Of a DNA stretch of 64,000 nucleotides, positions 37,385 to 50,415 are shown piece by piece. Each line of letters begins with the position of its first letter. Positions within the stretch are counted from its first letter, which is position 1. The stretch is from Marsupella aquatica. Lineage: Eukaryota; Plantae; Marchantiophyta. The stretch is from contig OZ316891.1 in the NCBI GenBank assembly GCA_973895155.1, positions 29,499,611 through 29,563,610 on the forward strand, read 5' to 3'. The notes beneath the pieces are model-generated. The model was not told the DNA's origin. It did no database searches and saw only the letters and a program-made list of their open reading frames with translations. Position numbers and translations under genes: made by a program.

Positions 37385-37830
37385 ATGAAATGCCCCCAAA
37401 ACTAATTGTTTGTGCAAAAAATAAACAAGATAATATATAATGCCCCCAAAACGAGGCTTTAGCCCAAGTTTGAGTGTACCATGGCCCACAATACAAGAAG
37501 TTCACTTTCTAGGAAGAAACTTAGCAAAGTTTGAGTGTACATTGACCACAACACCAGAAGTGAACTTTCTAGGAAGAACCTGCAAAAATAATGTCCCCCA
37601 AACGACGGCTTCAGCCCAGATTTGAGTGGAGATTATGGCCCACCATACCAGAAAGAATGTGAGTTTTATAAAGAAAAAACAAAGAAAATAAATTACTGTG
37701 CCCCCAAAACCAGGGCTTTAGCTTATGTTTGAGTGGACATTATGGCCCACAACGCCAGAACTTTCAATTTCTAGCAAGAAAGGAGAAATTGAATGCCCCT
37801 AAATCCAGGGCTTTAGCCCAAATTTGAGTT
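37385..37830. repeat. Degenerate subterminal-type repeats (TGCCCCCAAAA...GGCTTTAGCCCAAGTTTGAGTG...); a related unit lies at about 23070-23120
   Basis: About 5 imperfect copies, probably the end of a DNA transposon. Confidence 0.6.
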
Positions 37831-39850
37831 TTTCAAAGAAACCCAAAACAGCCTGAAATTAGTTCGTGGACCCCTTGGCTAATAAAATCAGGGGGAAGAG
37901 TCGATTTGAGCCATCTCCATTTCTTATCTCCGGAAATCTCGTCCGTCCATCATAATGGCTAATCTATGGCTCAAAAGAAAGATCTCAAATAGATCTATGG
38001 ATGGGTTCTGTCCGTTTTGCAAATGGGTTAATATTTTTCAAATGAAAAATTAAACAAATCCAAGCCTTCCTAGCCGTCAATTTTGTTGATTTTACGATCT
38101 TTGCCATCCATTTTGTAATGCCTCTAGAAATCTTATTCATCCATGTTAGAAGGCGATCTAGGGTGCAAAAGAAAGATCTCAATGAGATCTACGACTGGGT
38201 ATTTTTTGTTTTGAGAATGAGTAAATAGTTTTGAGTATAGAATTCAATGAACTTTCAAGATTCCAGCCATTCCTCCTCCCCAATTCTGGGTTTCTATGTG
38301 CTCTTCCCAGCATTAATGGCCATACAATATGAGAGGTCCTTACATACCGGGAGTTGCGGTTTAACAAGGAAGTTATCAAGTTAGTTATTAGTCATTATTT
38401 ATTATATGAAATATTTTTTATAAATCTTTGAATTTAAGTTTTAAAATTGGAAATGTAACTAAAACGGTTATATAGTGACAGTTTTAGCCGTCTTGCTCTT
38501 TGCATTTCCAATGTTTTTACTTTTCTTTTTACGGCATGGCATCCCAAAATTTACACCCAAATTGACACAAACACGAATGAAAACTATAAGTTTGATTCAC
38601 AAAACCAACGAGTCTTGTTTGTTGCGGTTGTTGTTGACGTGGCACGCTGTGGTGCCAGGAATTTTGGAAAGTACCTCTAGTGGGGTCCGTAATCAGAGTC
38701 ATGCAATCCGGGCGACTAATTGTTATTTAGGCATGCATCTAGGGTGAATTATGCATAGTCTCACAGTTGAAGTACTCGAGATTTGAATAGGAGCTGCAAC
38801 TGCCAGAAGGGCTTTGGCATGTGCTTCACTCTAAATCACCAGCAGTTTTGCTTGAGCAGAATTAGACTACTTCGAGTTCACTGCTCCACCACCTCAACCA
38901 GAATTTCATGAGTCAATATCTCTCACTTTGAGAATTTACAATTACTTGTTATTAAGGTTAACAGCAGTGATCATCCTTCATATCACCCCCTCCTTTAAGT
39001 TAGAACTCTAAACTCAACCAGAGTTTCATGACTCAATCTGTTTGAGAATTTAAGATTACCCATTTTCAGGGCTAAGAGCAATGATCATCCTTAATTCGCC
39101 CTCCTCTTTAACATATAACTCTACCCTCAACCAGAATTTCATGAGTCATGCTTTCTCAATTCGAGAATTCAAGACTCCTCATTGTTCAGGGCCTTTCCAG
39201 GGAGTTTGCAGTCATGAACTGGCTTAAGGGGCGCTTGGAGCCAAGCTCAAAGGTTTCCCTTTCTTGGAATTGGAATATTTAGTACCTAAAAACTTTCCTC
39301 GGCCAGCATTCACACATCTGCTTGGAGCATTACACAAGTACAAAACAAACGGGGGGGAGGGGCATATTTTACTAAAAACGAGCAAAAGTCCTTAAAAAGT
39401 CGTGCACTCATGCTGGAGTCAACCGAGGAAGTGAAGTGAAGTTGTGGATCTCGATGCCTATCTATCCAAGCCGCCCGGTCAAATGTGGGGGCCACCGTCT
39501 CCACTCGAGCAAACATCCACAAGGCAGCAAAATGAGTCAAATGGGGACGAAACATCGAAGAAGGGATTACCAGTAAAGAATTCTGAAGAAAAGTCTCTTT
39601 CTCCAATCTTTGGACCGTTCTATCCGACTGGAAACCTGTCACAGAAGCTGACGAGAGTGCAACTTCAAAGTTGTAGAGAAACTGAAGAGGGAGGACTGCG
39701 GCAATCTGCTTGGGTGCCACCTACGGACTCGAATGTTCATCAGCTATCAGAACTACTGTAGCTTTTCTCTGGGACGTCTAGGCTCGTCGACAGTCCCATG
39801 ATATCAAGCATTACAGTGAATTGCGTTGCCACAAGTTTTTCCCCAGCAGA

Positions 39851-42800
39851 ATGGCACAAGTTCTCTTCATGTTTCGGTTCCCGGGGCCCGATGTGCTGTG
39901 CCGGTGGACATGTTTGATCTCAACAATCCTTGTGTTTTGCAGCTGTTGCTGCGTAGGGGTCTCCGGACAGGACAGACACTCCATTTGTGAGAAAGACCGA
40001 TGGTGTGAAAGTCCGAACAACCCAATTCTAATGGAACAGTCGGATCTGAACCAGACAGGGCTTGGATCGTCCGATTCAGCGACTTGGTCTGGAAGGACAT
40101 GGTCTGGAACGTTCAATGCCGAAGACGCCCAATTCAGTGCCTGGAAATCTGGGCCCTGGATCGAACCGGATAGTGGTCTCAAGGACAATGTCAGTGTCAA
40201 GGTCAAGGTCAGTGTGCAATGAAGTCTATTACGCCCAGCTGGGCTTGGAGTTGAGTATTTCTTCAGGTATAAATTTTGCCATGAACCAACGCCCTCAACG
40301 TCCTTTCTATTACGTCTCGTTTGCCACAGTCCGAGGGGTACTGTCTAACCGAACGGATCGGTTCTGTGCCACGTTCTGCCTGGGTGAGCCTGACGACGGT
40401 GAGGATCGTATGGAACGTTCCATGGGGCTTGCTCGATTAGCGTACAGAATGGAGCACCCAGAATCCACCACTTTTCCTGACACTCTTGTGGCACAAGATT
40501 GTGAAGTTCACATCGAGCTCCACCTTCCTAAGGTGAGCACCATTGCGAATCCGTTGGTAAGCGGCGTGCTGACAAGCCTGAGGTCCCCAGATGATCCTTC
40601 GTATTTCCATCCTCTCAGCATCGCTTCACTCTCCGAGGAGCCATACGAGTTCAACAGGTCGGTGCAAGAGGAAGCACAGATTTTGGCTTCAAGCGCAATG
40701 CCCGATATCTCCAGGGCTGTTCATAGAAATCTCAAGCCGTGGTCCGACGGTCCACCACTTTGCTCTAAAGATCAAACTACGCGTATGGAGTATGCTGTGA
40801 AGATATATGCACCCACTCGGAACTCTTCTTGTGGATCCAGCGAAGGTGGTCTCTGCAGCCCATTTCCTAATTCCGATATCTCTCCTACTTTCAGTGCACT
40901 CAAGACTGGAGAATCAGTGCTGCGTTCCTGTTCGATTTCACACCGCAACGTGTTTGGCTGGACTCAAAGGCCGACGAATCTTCGTCTACAGCCACAACGG
41001 AGTTTCTTCTCGTTGCAGAGGGGTATTGGAATTTCTACAAGCCAGGACAATTAGTCATGGTGGCGCACTGTCTGGCGAGCGATGGTACACTTTTGGATTC
41101 CAAAATCCTGATAACCCTCCAAATGCCCATGGCTCGAACTCTTCATCACCGGTATGGAATTATTGGTCATGTCCGTAGCACAAGAGAAGCATTGGACCCC
41201 CTGTATTTTGCTTCCATCAGCTTTGTGGGAGATATTGAATTGTCCAGTATTGGGGATATTGATGATCGTAAGCGCGCCACATTGATGAGCGAACAAGACT
41301 TTTCTTACGATTATGATGATAGCATCTATACCAAAATTCAGCCTCTGTGCAGTCTGGCTGCCGACGCTTACAAGGTTCACAAAAATGCCAGATTTCCGGA
41401 TGGGTCTACAGCTGCGGACTTTGAGGCATATTTTCTGTTCGCCATGCCAGGGGAGGTAAACTCAACTGAACAGATCTTCCGTCTTTCGAATCTAGCAATT
41501 GATCAGGAATTTTTTGAAGATTTTAATCCATTTCCTGGCGGCAACAAGAACGGGAAGCCAAGTGTCCATTCTCCGAGGCAGTCTACTTATCCGGAGCACA
41601 TCCCGGTCAGTTTCAGGCTCAGTTTCAGTGGGTTCCGTTTAACGCTTGCAATGGCTTCCGTAGAATTGGAGGGCTTTTACGATAGCATCACTGGTCATCT
41701 CTGTCTGTTGGGATGTAGAAGAAGATGGGAGGATGTGGCTCTACCATACGAGGGGGAGGAGAATACATCTCAATGTGACTTGGTCTTCAGCATCCAGTAT
41801 CCACCCACAAACCCAAGGCTATGGTCAACTCGTCCCTTCATCACAGGGACCATCAGAAGCCTCAATGATGCAGGCCATCCGCTCTACTTCGAGCCCATCG
41901 CCATCAATAACTCTTTGCGCACTGCTTACCGTGTACACACGCAATGGATCTTCTTCCGAAGAAATGCGGAAACCATCATGAGTTTGGTGAGTCTATCGCT
42001 TGTAGCTTTCGTCACCGCTGTTCAGGTTGGCTACAGCAGTCGTGTGTCGAACTCCCGGAACCTCAGGTTCGTGTCTCTGGTGATGCTGACTGTTTTCACC
42101 TCGGGCCACTTCTTTCCGCTGCTGCTTAGCTTAAATGCACTCTGGACAAAGGTTGTCCCATTCGACGAAATGGAAAGGTACGCAATGTTTAACGGATGGC
42201 CGGAGACTCATGAGGTGATCGTGCGGGGCAACACAATGGTATCTTTGTTGCTAGCATTAAGGTTAGTGCAGCTGGTGTGGAGATCCAGAACTCGTGCAAA
42301 TAATTCCAATTCTCAAATCGAGACCGATCCAGCTCCATCAAATGTGTCTGACGTCTCAGTGTTGAAAGCTTGCCTTCCAATGTATGGTACGATGACAGTT
42401 CTGATAGCATATGTACACTGGCTGGGCCCATATCAGGCGCAAGTCCACTATGTTGGCGGTGGAGAACTGTTGGCTTACGTGTGGGCTGATCTGCAAGCGT
42501 TTTCGGGTGTAATTGTCGACCTGTTCCTGTTGCCACAAGTGATTGCGAATATCTTGTGGGACACCGAGGAGAAAGTCGCACCGCTGTATCCTCTGTTTTA
42601 CCTGGGCATGACTGTGGTCAGGTCAGTAGCGCATTTGTACGATGCTGCACGAGCATGGAACTTTGTCCCGGAATGGCTGTCCTGGAACTATTACTACGCT
42701 AACCCGAACTGGGATCTGTATTCCACGACATGGGACATTGTCATTCCCTGTTTCTCAGTTTCCCTAGCCATTGTGCTGCACTTGCAGCAGAGGTACGGAG

Positions 42801-42874
42801 GTCGTCGTGTCATCCCGAAGCGATTTCGGAGACAGAAATATCAGCGAGTTGAAAGTCAAGAGGTCGATCTTTAA
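39851..42874 (+). pseudogene. DUF2921-family multi-pass membrane protein with two frameshifts (about 40210 and about 40870); pseudogene or sequence error
   Basis: Signal peptide, LVAEGYW...GQLVMVA, LEGFYDSITGHLCLLGCR, C-terminal TM block DLFLLPQ / FYLGMTVVR / YSTTWDIVIP. Coding frame switches 2 to 0 to 2. Confidence 0.8.
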
Positions 42875-44155
42875 AAGTTGCAGGAGAAAAACAGCATCAC
42901 ATCATGCTTGCTTGCATCGTATGGCATTTTTGTGGCTTGTGGGCAAGTTTCTGGCATCGCAATTCATGTGTATCAATTGTACAGCATACAGAACCTCGAC
43001 CAAGACATTGTCAGATGAAACTAGTATAGACTAGGCCCTCACTGGAATAAAAGCTCGTCCGGTTCTCAGTGCACATATTTCCAGAAACTTCTATAATGCT
43101 GATTAAACGCTTGCGTATGGAGATCATAAACTCACCTTGAAGCTCCCAGCTGTCCCAGCATTGATAATCACGTGGACAGATGGAAAAGGTCATCAAATAG
43201 GCCAGAACCTGCCCAACGTGGGTCACATCATTTTGTTCAGATCAAGGCAAATAAGCCGTTATTGGATGTCTCGGTTGGATCAATTGATACGTCAGCCACT
43301 GAGAAATAGAACGAGATGGATCCTCATAAGCGTCACGAAAGAATTGACTTGTGAAATTGACCGACGAAACACAATCATAGTGTACATCTCATCCTTGCGG
43401 ATCAGCACATTATTCTTTGTGGAGACAGAAATATGGTCCATCGACTTCACATATCCCTCTAGGGAAGCACATTAAATTACGCAATTGGGCAGCCCAAGTT
43501 TTAAATACTCGTGGAGTCGTCTCATTCAGACAATCCCCATTTTTCGTGACGAAGTCTGAAGAAAAGATATAAAGTCTCTGCAGCGAATGGAGCTGCCTCA
43601 GAGCTTAGAATGTGTCGGTGCAAATTTTTGTTTAGTTCAATAGCCAAAGAAGAGCACCGTCCTAGTTAAATTTCCTGGAACTAGATCTTATAATTCAGGC
43701 CCCTGATTGTCCTCTCCTAGCTTGTTGAACTGTGAATTTGATCGGCAGCAAAAGATGGGCAATTTAAGTTAGTTTCCTACACTCCTCTGGATCTTATGGT
43801 CCCCTAAGCTGGTGTGCACCTTTCAGGGTGAGAGGAGCAGGTAGCTCTGTGTTAGCGAGTGTCTAAATTGGAATTCAAATGCCCAATTCAGAATACTCTC
43901 AAGAAGTGGATACCCTAACATTTGACCCCACATTCTATGTGTTTCTTGCAGAAATAAAACTCTTCTTTCCTTTGCAGCAAATGATTCTTTGAGTTGATCT
44001 TTGAGCTAGTACCTGATGATGACAGTTTTTGTCAAGAGTGTGCTATTGTTTCCTGCTTACTCCACTCCCATCAGAAAACCATTGTTAATTCTTCCTCCCA
44101 CCAGAACGCCAGTGTTCTTAGTTCCCACAGAAGCCATCATTCTTCGTCCTATTAG

Positions 44156-44568
44156 AGTTGGAACTTTCAACAACATGGCTAGCTAGGAATTGAAACTAAG
44201 ATTCATAATGGTCTACCACTGAGCTACAGGCTAGTATAGGATCACCTCATGGGTTCATGGGTTTGAGTGTGGTTCATTTGCAATACCCTCCTTTGAGTCA
44301 CTTTCTCTTCATTACAATTCCAAATCTGTGGCTCCAATACCACATTGGAGCTTTGGTGTGGTTCATTTGCACCACCCTCCCTTGAGCCACAATCTCTTCA
44401 TTAGAAATTTATAGTCTTTGGCTCTCATACCATGTTGGCCCTTTCAATAACATGGACTAGTTAGGAATTGAACCTAGGATTTCCGGTGTACATCATAGTT
44501 CTCTACCAGTGAGCTATAGGCCAATTATACCTGCACTTCATGAGTTCTTGTGTGGTTCATTTCTAACA
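44156..44568 (-). mobile_element. TRIM with tRNA-like LTRs, copy B (tandem LTR-int-partial LTR-int-LTR)
   Basis: LTR 44568-44433, PBS TGGTATGAGAGCC, two PPTs (AAGGGAGGG). tRNA-like core GGCCTATAGCTCACTGGTAGAG...TAC...GGTTCAATTCC. Flanks ATTAG/ATCAA may be a decayed 5-bp TSD. Confidence 0.8.
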
Positions 44569-44869
44569 ATCAAAATGCCGTTGTTCTTTGTTTCCATCAG
44601 ATGCCATTGTTAATTGTTCCTCCCAATCATAACAGCATTGTTCTTTCTTCCCATCAGAATGTCATTGTTCTTGGTTTCCATCTGACCCCATTTTTCAATC
44701 TTCTTATCTTCTTGTTAGGCATTATATTACTCTTGAGTCTAGAGTTACGACATGTAACCATAGTTAGACTAACTATAATCAGAGACGTGGTTAGGTTAAC
44801 TAAGTTGCACACTATATCCTAAGTGATGTGTGCTTGGAAAGTGAAACTAAGAGCTTGCAGTGGCCAGTA

Positions 44870-47720
44870 CTAGCAAGGATCTTGCATGCCCTCACCCCCG
44901 TGAAAAGGCCTCCCGCAATAATATGCCACATGAAGGTCTTGGCCCGAGATGACAGATCGGAGCCCCACAGTGCAATCCATCCTATGCTCCACTCACTCTC
45001 AGATCACATGATTGACCAAATATGATTCAAGCGCTCGTGCCCTGTGAGCTTGGGTCTGAGAAATTGGTATATCCGACAATTCTCAATTCAAAAATCTTTG
45101 AGTGGCTCAACTCGATCCGCCCATCGCCACTGATGTGCGCAGGTGACCAGATCATTTTGGCAGGAGTGCGCACTCCTTAAAAATCTCTAGGAAGGACTTA
45201 GCCAACTCACGTTGCACAGTGGAGAAGCCCCGCAGATGGTGCCACCTGAGAGGTAAATCCTTCCAGCATCCCTCCGCCGAGGACCAACCATCTCTGATTG
45301 TCCGCAGTCCTGCCACAAATGGCTGCCACCCCAGCAATGTCCTCATTTGGAAGGGAATTGAAATCCACCATACAATGCAAAGTGTCAGAGATACTCAAGC
45401 GACCAGGACTGCCTAGCCTGCCCGGCGCGAAAGACAGGTGTGCACAGATGAGCTCCCAAGCTTTCCACAACCCCCTTGTAATGGTAGTCCCCCACATGAC
45501 CTGGGAGAGTAAAGAAGTAACTGCTCACGGAAGGAGTATTGGTTCTGACGGATGACCTTATAGTTAGTCCATCCCATTAGAGACAAATTTTGAGCCAGCA
45601 ATTTGGACCATTCTCCCTCCAGTGAGTTCAATCCCTTAGTGAACCACTGTGCCAAAAGCGCATTTGAGTGGCTCTTGAAGTCTTTGAGCCCAAAACCACT
45701 CTCAACTTTGGGCAAAGCCAAAGTGGCCCAAGCCACCAGGGGGATCTTCTTTCCACCCTCTGGGTTATATCCCCACATAAAATCTCTGCATAGAATTGTA
45801 AGTTTCTTTGCCAATCCAGCCAACGCCTTGAGATACATCACGTGATAAATGGGAATAGTTTGGAGCACATACTTCACTAAAAGGGTTCTGCCAGCAAAAG
45901 ATAGCATCTTGTTTGACCAGGACAACAAACGTGAACTAATCTTGTCTAGACAAAAATTGTGAAGTTGTTCTGTCCTCAATCCGATCTCCAAAGGGGCACC
46001 CAAGTACTTGTGAACCTCACCCGGCTCGCTGATGTGACAGGGGATCACCACAGATTTTTCCAGATTCAGGTTTGCTCCTGATCCTTTCTTCTTCAAAAGC
46101 TTCCTCTCTGGCAGGGATGAACATCCCAACATCATCCGCAAAAAGACGGTGGCATAAAGAGAGAGACTCAAAGATAATGAGCCCGCTCAACCGGCTCTCT
46201 TGCATTTCAGTATCCAAGAAGTCCATGAGTGGTTGTGTAAAGATAACAAACAGCAGAGGCGACAAAGGGAAGCTTTGTCAAAATCCTTGTCGGAGTTCAA
46301 TAGGGCCAGACAGGAAACCATTGACCATTGCTCTAGAATCAGCATGAGATAGCAAAGCTCTTACCAACTTGACTAAATGGCTGCACATTCCCAACAGGAG
46401 CATGGACTCCCACATGTAGTCATGATTTTACCCAATCGAAAGGCTTTTTTGAAATCCAGCTTCAAGAAGAGAACTTCCTTTTGCTTGCAGTTAGCCCAGT
46501 CAAATGTTAGCTAGGCCAGGGAGATGTTCTCTAGGATATGGCAGCCAGGTATGAATCCAGTTTGCTGAGGGCTAATGATCTTCTGCAATGTTGGCAATAA
46601 TTTTGTACACCGTGTTCAACATTGTGAGTGGCCACCAGTCCTTAAGAAAGTGCTTATCATGTTTTTTGGGGATGAACTTGATTATCCCTTCCTTAATACC
46701 CCATCCAGCTCCCCTGCCATCCAGAAGGCTTGTATCATCTCCACCATATCATCTGCAATAAAATCCCAGCATGCCCTGTATACTTCTGTTGTCAGACCAT
46801 CCGGGCCCGGGGTTTTGTCAAATGGCAGCATCCACAAGGCCTCTTTTACTTCCCTCGCATCTGGGAGAGCTTCCAGCGCAAAGATTTCTGTTGCTGACAA
46901 AGCAGCTCGCATATGGTTTAGTAGCCTCTTTCTCTCCCACAGCTGCTCTCTACGAGCCTCCCCTGAGGTCTCCTGTGGTGAGTAAAGGGAGCAGCATAGG
47001 GCCTCAACCTCCTGGATAATCCTGCTTGGCACAGTGATTACACTTCCGTCTTCTCTTACAAGCAGATTCATCGCCTCTCGATTGTATTTACCTCTTATCG
47101 TTGCAAAGAAAAATTAGAGGATTCTTCCCCCAACCATTTGACTTGGGCTAGTCTACGCCCCTTGTTAGCCTCCTCAAATTCCGCCGTATGCAGCAAATCT
47201 TTTCTCTCCATAAACTCCCAGATCTCTGTCTCAGAGTGGGACTCAAGTATCGACACTTTCAGTACGCGGAGTTGAGCCCTGAGAAAGGACATCTCTTCTT
47301 CCGCTCTCCTGGGCTTCGACTGTAATTCCTTGTAGGTACGCCTCAGTTGCCCACTTGCCTTGGCAAAGCGAAGGTGAGGGTCCTCATACCCTGCCTTCCC
47401 AATCTCCCATGCCTGTTTTAAAAGTACCATGTCTTCTCAGTTTCTTAGCAGCATAGGGTTTGCAATAGAAAGACGGGCTTTACCTCTTTCTTTCCCCGTC
47501 AAATTTCCACCTAGGCAAACCGTCAGCAGAATTGGGTCCTGATCAGAAAGCGCTGACCCTCCATCGTGTATGAGCTCCACAATTTCACCGAGCCACCTCC
47601 CATGTTCACTGAGGTAAAATCTGTTAAGCCTAGATTGCAGCATAGTGGCAAATCATTTTCGTCTCCATGTAAAGTGTGCTCCCATGACCTTTCCCTGCAG
47701 TTCAGCAGCGTCTTCTAGAT
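44870..47720 (-). mobile_element. Degenerate 5'-truncated L1-clade LINE ORF2, same family as 52101-58857
   Basis: SRLNRFY/SDQDP endonuclease end, KTPGPDG, HRLFADD, KYLGAP. Many stops and frameshifts. Peptides are collinear with the 52357-55677 ORF. Confidence 0.9.
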
Positions 47721-49413
47721 CCCATATTTGTGTATGCAATACTCTATTACACAAAACTATGCTCCATCACAATATTGAATATGTAGCATGTGAGTATGTA
47801 CAATATTTTGCCATGGATTATGGAGGGAGTATCCTCCTCGTGCATTGTGTTAAAGCCTTTCACTTTTTTGTTGGTGTCCAGCGTGATTATTTCTTGCTTG
47901 TCTTGGACATTGGTGCAACACTTTGTGACTCACACTAAAGTCAAATTCACACTTTGGCTTTATTACATGCCTTTGACCAAATTTTTTCATTTTTGTGACC
48001 TGCAAATTTGAATGATGAACACTCTAAAAAGTGGCGCAACCTTGTATTATTGTTTAGGATATGTTTCTGTTTAAGAATTTACAATTACAGCCCAGAGAGG
48101 CATGGCTGGGTGGTGACTCACCTGAGTTGACTCATAGACCTAGAGTTCAAATGTTGTGACTGACTGGTCCCTTTCCCAGGGCTTTCACATATGTCCCCTT
48201 CAAAAATTTAAATGAGCTATTTTACAATTTACTCATTTTGGGGGTTAACACTGATGATCATCCCTCATTTCATCCCTTCCTTTAACTTATAATTCTGACC
48301 TCAACCAGAGGTTCATGACTCAATCTGTTTGAGAATTTAAGAGTACCCATTTTCAGGGCTAAGAGCAGCGACCATCCTTAACTCACCCTCCTCTTTAACA
48401 TATAGTTCTACCCTCAACCAGAATTTCATGAGTCATGCTATGTCAATTCGAGAATTTAAGACTCCTCATTGTTCACGGCTAAACACCACTGATCATCCTT
48501 CATTACACCTTTCTTTAAGGTATAACTCGAACTTGAACCAAAGTTCCATGAAGCAATTTGTGTCATTCTTGATGTCACCTCGTCTTTATAAAGTAGAATC
48601 AATTATGGGGAACGGTTTACAAGCCCAGACCTGTCATTTCCGTCCATAACTGAGCGAACGAGGTTTCTCAAATCCATGGTGATACGAAGATAATCATCAG
48701 AAACACAGCTCTCTATGCCGCAGAATCTCCAATGCCATCGAGTGCGGTGCTTCGCCAATTGGGCCAAGGATTTAGTTTGGAAGTAAATGTGTACATTAAG
48801 TTAATGTTAGATCGTTTTATTGTGAAGAGTTTTCGAAGGCCTCTGGCAGGCTTCGCACCACACCAACTGAGTTCAAGATGGCCTAGTTACTATTCGAATT
48901 TTGAAGTAAGTTTTCACAATACCAGAACTTCAAGCGACTAATGCAGACAGGCCCAGAAAGGTTCGGCCAGGAAGGGAACTTTGTAGCAAGATTCGACTTC
49001 AAGGTGAGCTCGGGGGTGAGCTCGACAAGTATTTGTCAGCAAGCTCATTCGCGTAGCCTCAGCTGTCAATTGAATTCAATTCGTAGAGTCAAATCTGATA
49101 GAAAACTTCCAAATTGGATACATGGTATCATGTTCACGTACATCCGTCCAGCATTGTCAGCTACGACTTCAATTCTATTCCCGATAAACGTAAAACTAAC
49201 TCCGATAGACGATGACCAAATTGGGCATCTGTCATCGTGTCCGTGTAGTGCATTCAACAGCTTTCGATTGGCATTAAGAATGAAGATACATCTGATAAGG
49301 AACGTCTGTCACTGCAATTCTGCAATGATGATGACTTATAGAAAAGGCCTACTCACATCATGACCATAGACCGACCACTGGCAAAGCATTCGATTCGATG
49401 ACACATTCTGCTC

Positions 49414-50415
49414 TCAAGCCAAACCGACCATCTTTAATGAGTCGGTCCACAGGTGATCCTCTTTTTCCTCGTCGTAAGCATGCTCTGCATACCCAGGATC
49501 GGTGATCGCACCCCCCTCCTTCACCGGCAGGCTAACCTGCACATCCTCCAAATACTTGCCGCCTTTCCCCTCCCACTCCTTCCCCACAGCCGCCCAAACG
49601 GTCGTCGCAGCCCCCTGCTCCGTGCTCTTCGTAATAGCCTCAATCTCGGGCGAGTTCAAGACTTCCTTCAAGTCCTCTGGCAAAAAGTTCACCAGCGGCG
49701 TCCGGATGCACCCCGGGTGCAGGCTCGTCGCGTGAAGGCCCTGCTGCCCGAAATGCCGATCGATGTAATTGGCCATATAAATGTTTGCCGTCTTGCCTTG
49801 CGCATATGCGAGCATGGGATTGTAGTCTCCTGTTTTGAAATTGTAGTCGTCGAAGCGAATGCCAGTGAGGCGATGGCCGGAAGATGCGACTGTGACGACG
49901 CGCGAGTTGAACTCCGGCGTAGACGAAGCGAGCAGACTGGGTTTGAGGAGGTTGAACAGCAGGAAGTGGCCGAGATGATTGGTGGCGAATTGAGTTTCGA
50001 ATCCGTCCACAGTTGCGGTCCCGGGGGCGGGGATGCCCATCACGCCTGCGTTGCACACGAGGACGTTGATCGGTTTCTCGGCGGTCTTGGAGAGGAACTC
50101 CGCTGCTGCAGCTCGAACGCTCTCCAGGGAGGAGAGGTCCATGAAGAGGAGATCGACGCGGCCGGGCTCCAGGAAGTCCGCTAGTGCCGTCTTGCCCTTC
50201 TCAATGTTTAGTACCCCGCAGTACACCGTCGCTCCTGTGGTCGCGATGGCACGAGCAGTCTCGACTCCAATTCCTGAACAGCAACCGGTTATTAGAAAGG
50301 TTTTGTTCTTTAATTTGCCTTCCAGCCCCTCGTCCTGAATGATTTGCAGAGCGGTAGGACGGGCGTCGCCTGCTCCGTGAGGATTCACATGGACTGCTGC
50401 GTATTTGGATGTCAT
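49414..50415 (-). CDS. Short-chain dehydrogenase/reductase (retinol-DH/WWOX-like subgroup), intronless, ascomycete-like
   Basis: ITGCCSGIG Rossmann motif, CNAGVM, QFATNHLGHF, VASSGH, YAQGK catalytic motif, HPG. N-terminus HxNPxGxGDARPTALQII is typical of fungal SDRs. Confidence 0.92.
   Translation of the reverse strand: MTSKYAAVHVNPHGAGDARPTALQIIQDEGLEGKLKNKTFLITGCCSGIGVETARAIATTGATVYCGVLNIEKGKTALADFLEPGRVDLLFMDLSSLESVRAAAAEFLSKTAEKPINVLVCNAGVMGIPAPGTATVDGFETQFATNHLGHFLLFNLLKPSLLASSTPEFNSRVVTVASSGHRLTGIRFDDYNFKTGDYNPMLAYAQGKTANIYMANYIDRHFGQQGLHATSLHPGCIRTPLVNFLPEDLKEVLNSPEIEAITKSTEQGAATTVWAAVGKEWEGKGGKYLEDVQVSLPVKEGGAITDPGYAEHAYDEEKEDHLWTDSLKMVGLA

Noticed and set aside
44445-44525. Functional tRNA gene
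   Set aside because: The stems are mismatched and the sequence lies inside an LTR, so it is treated as TE-borne tRNA-like sequence.
49453-50338. Long + strand ORFs
   Set aside because: Antisense shadows of the GC-rich SDR gene.
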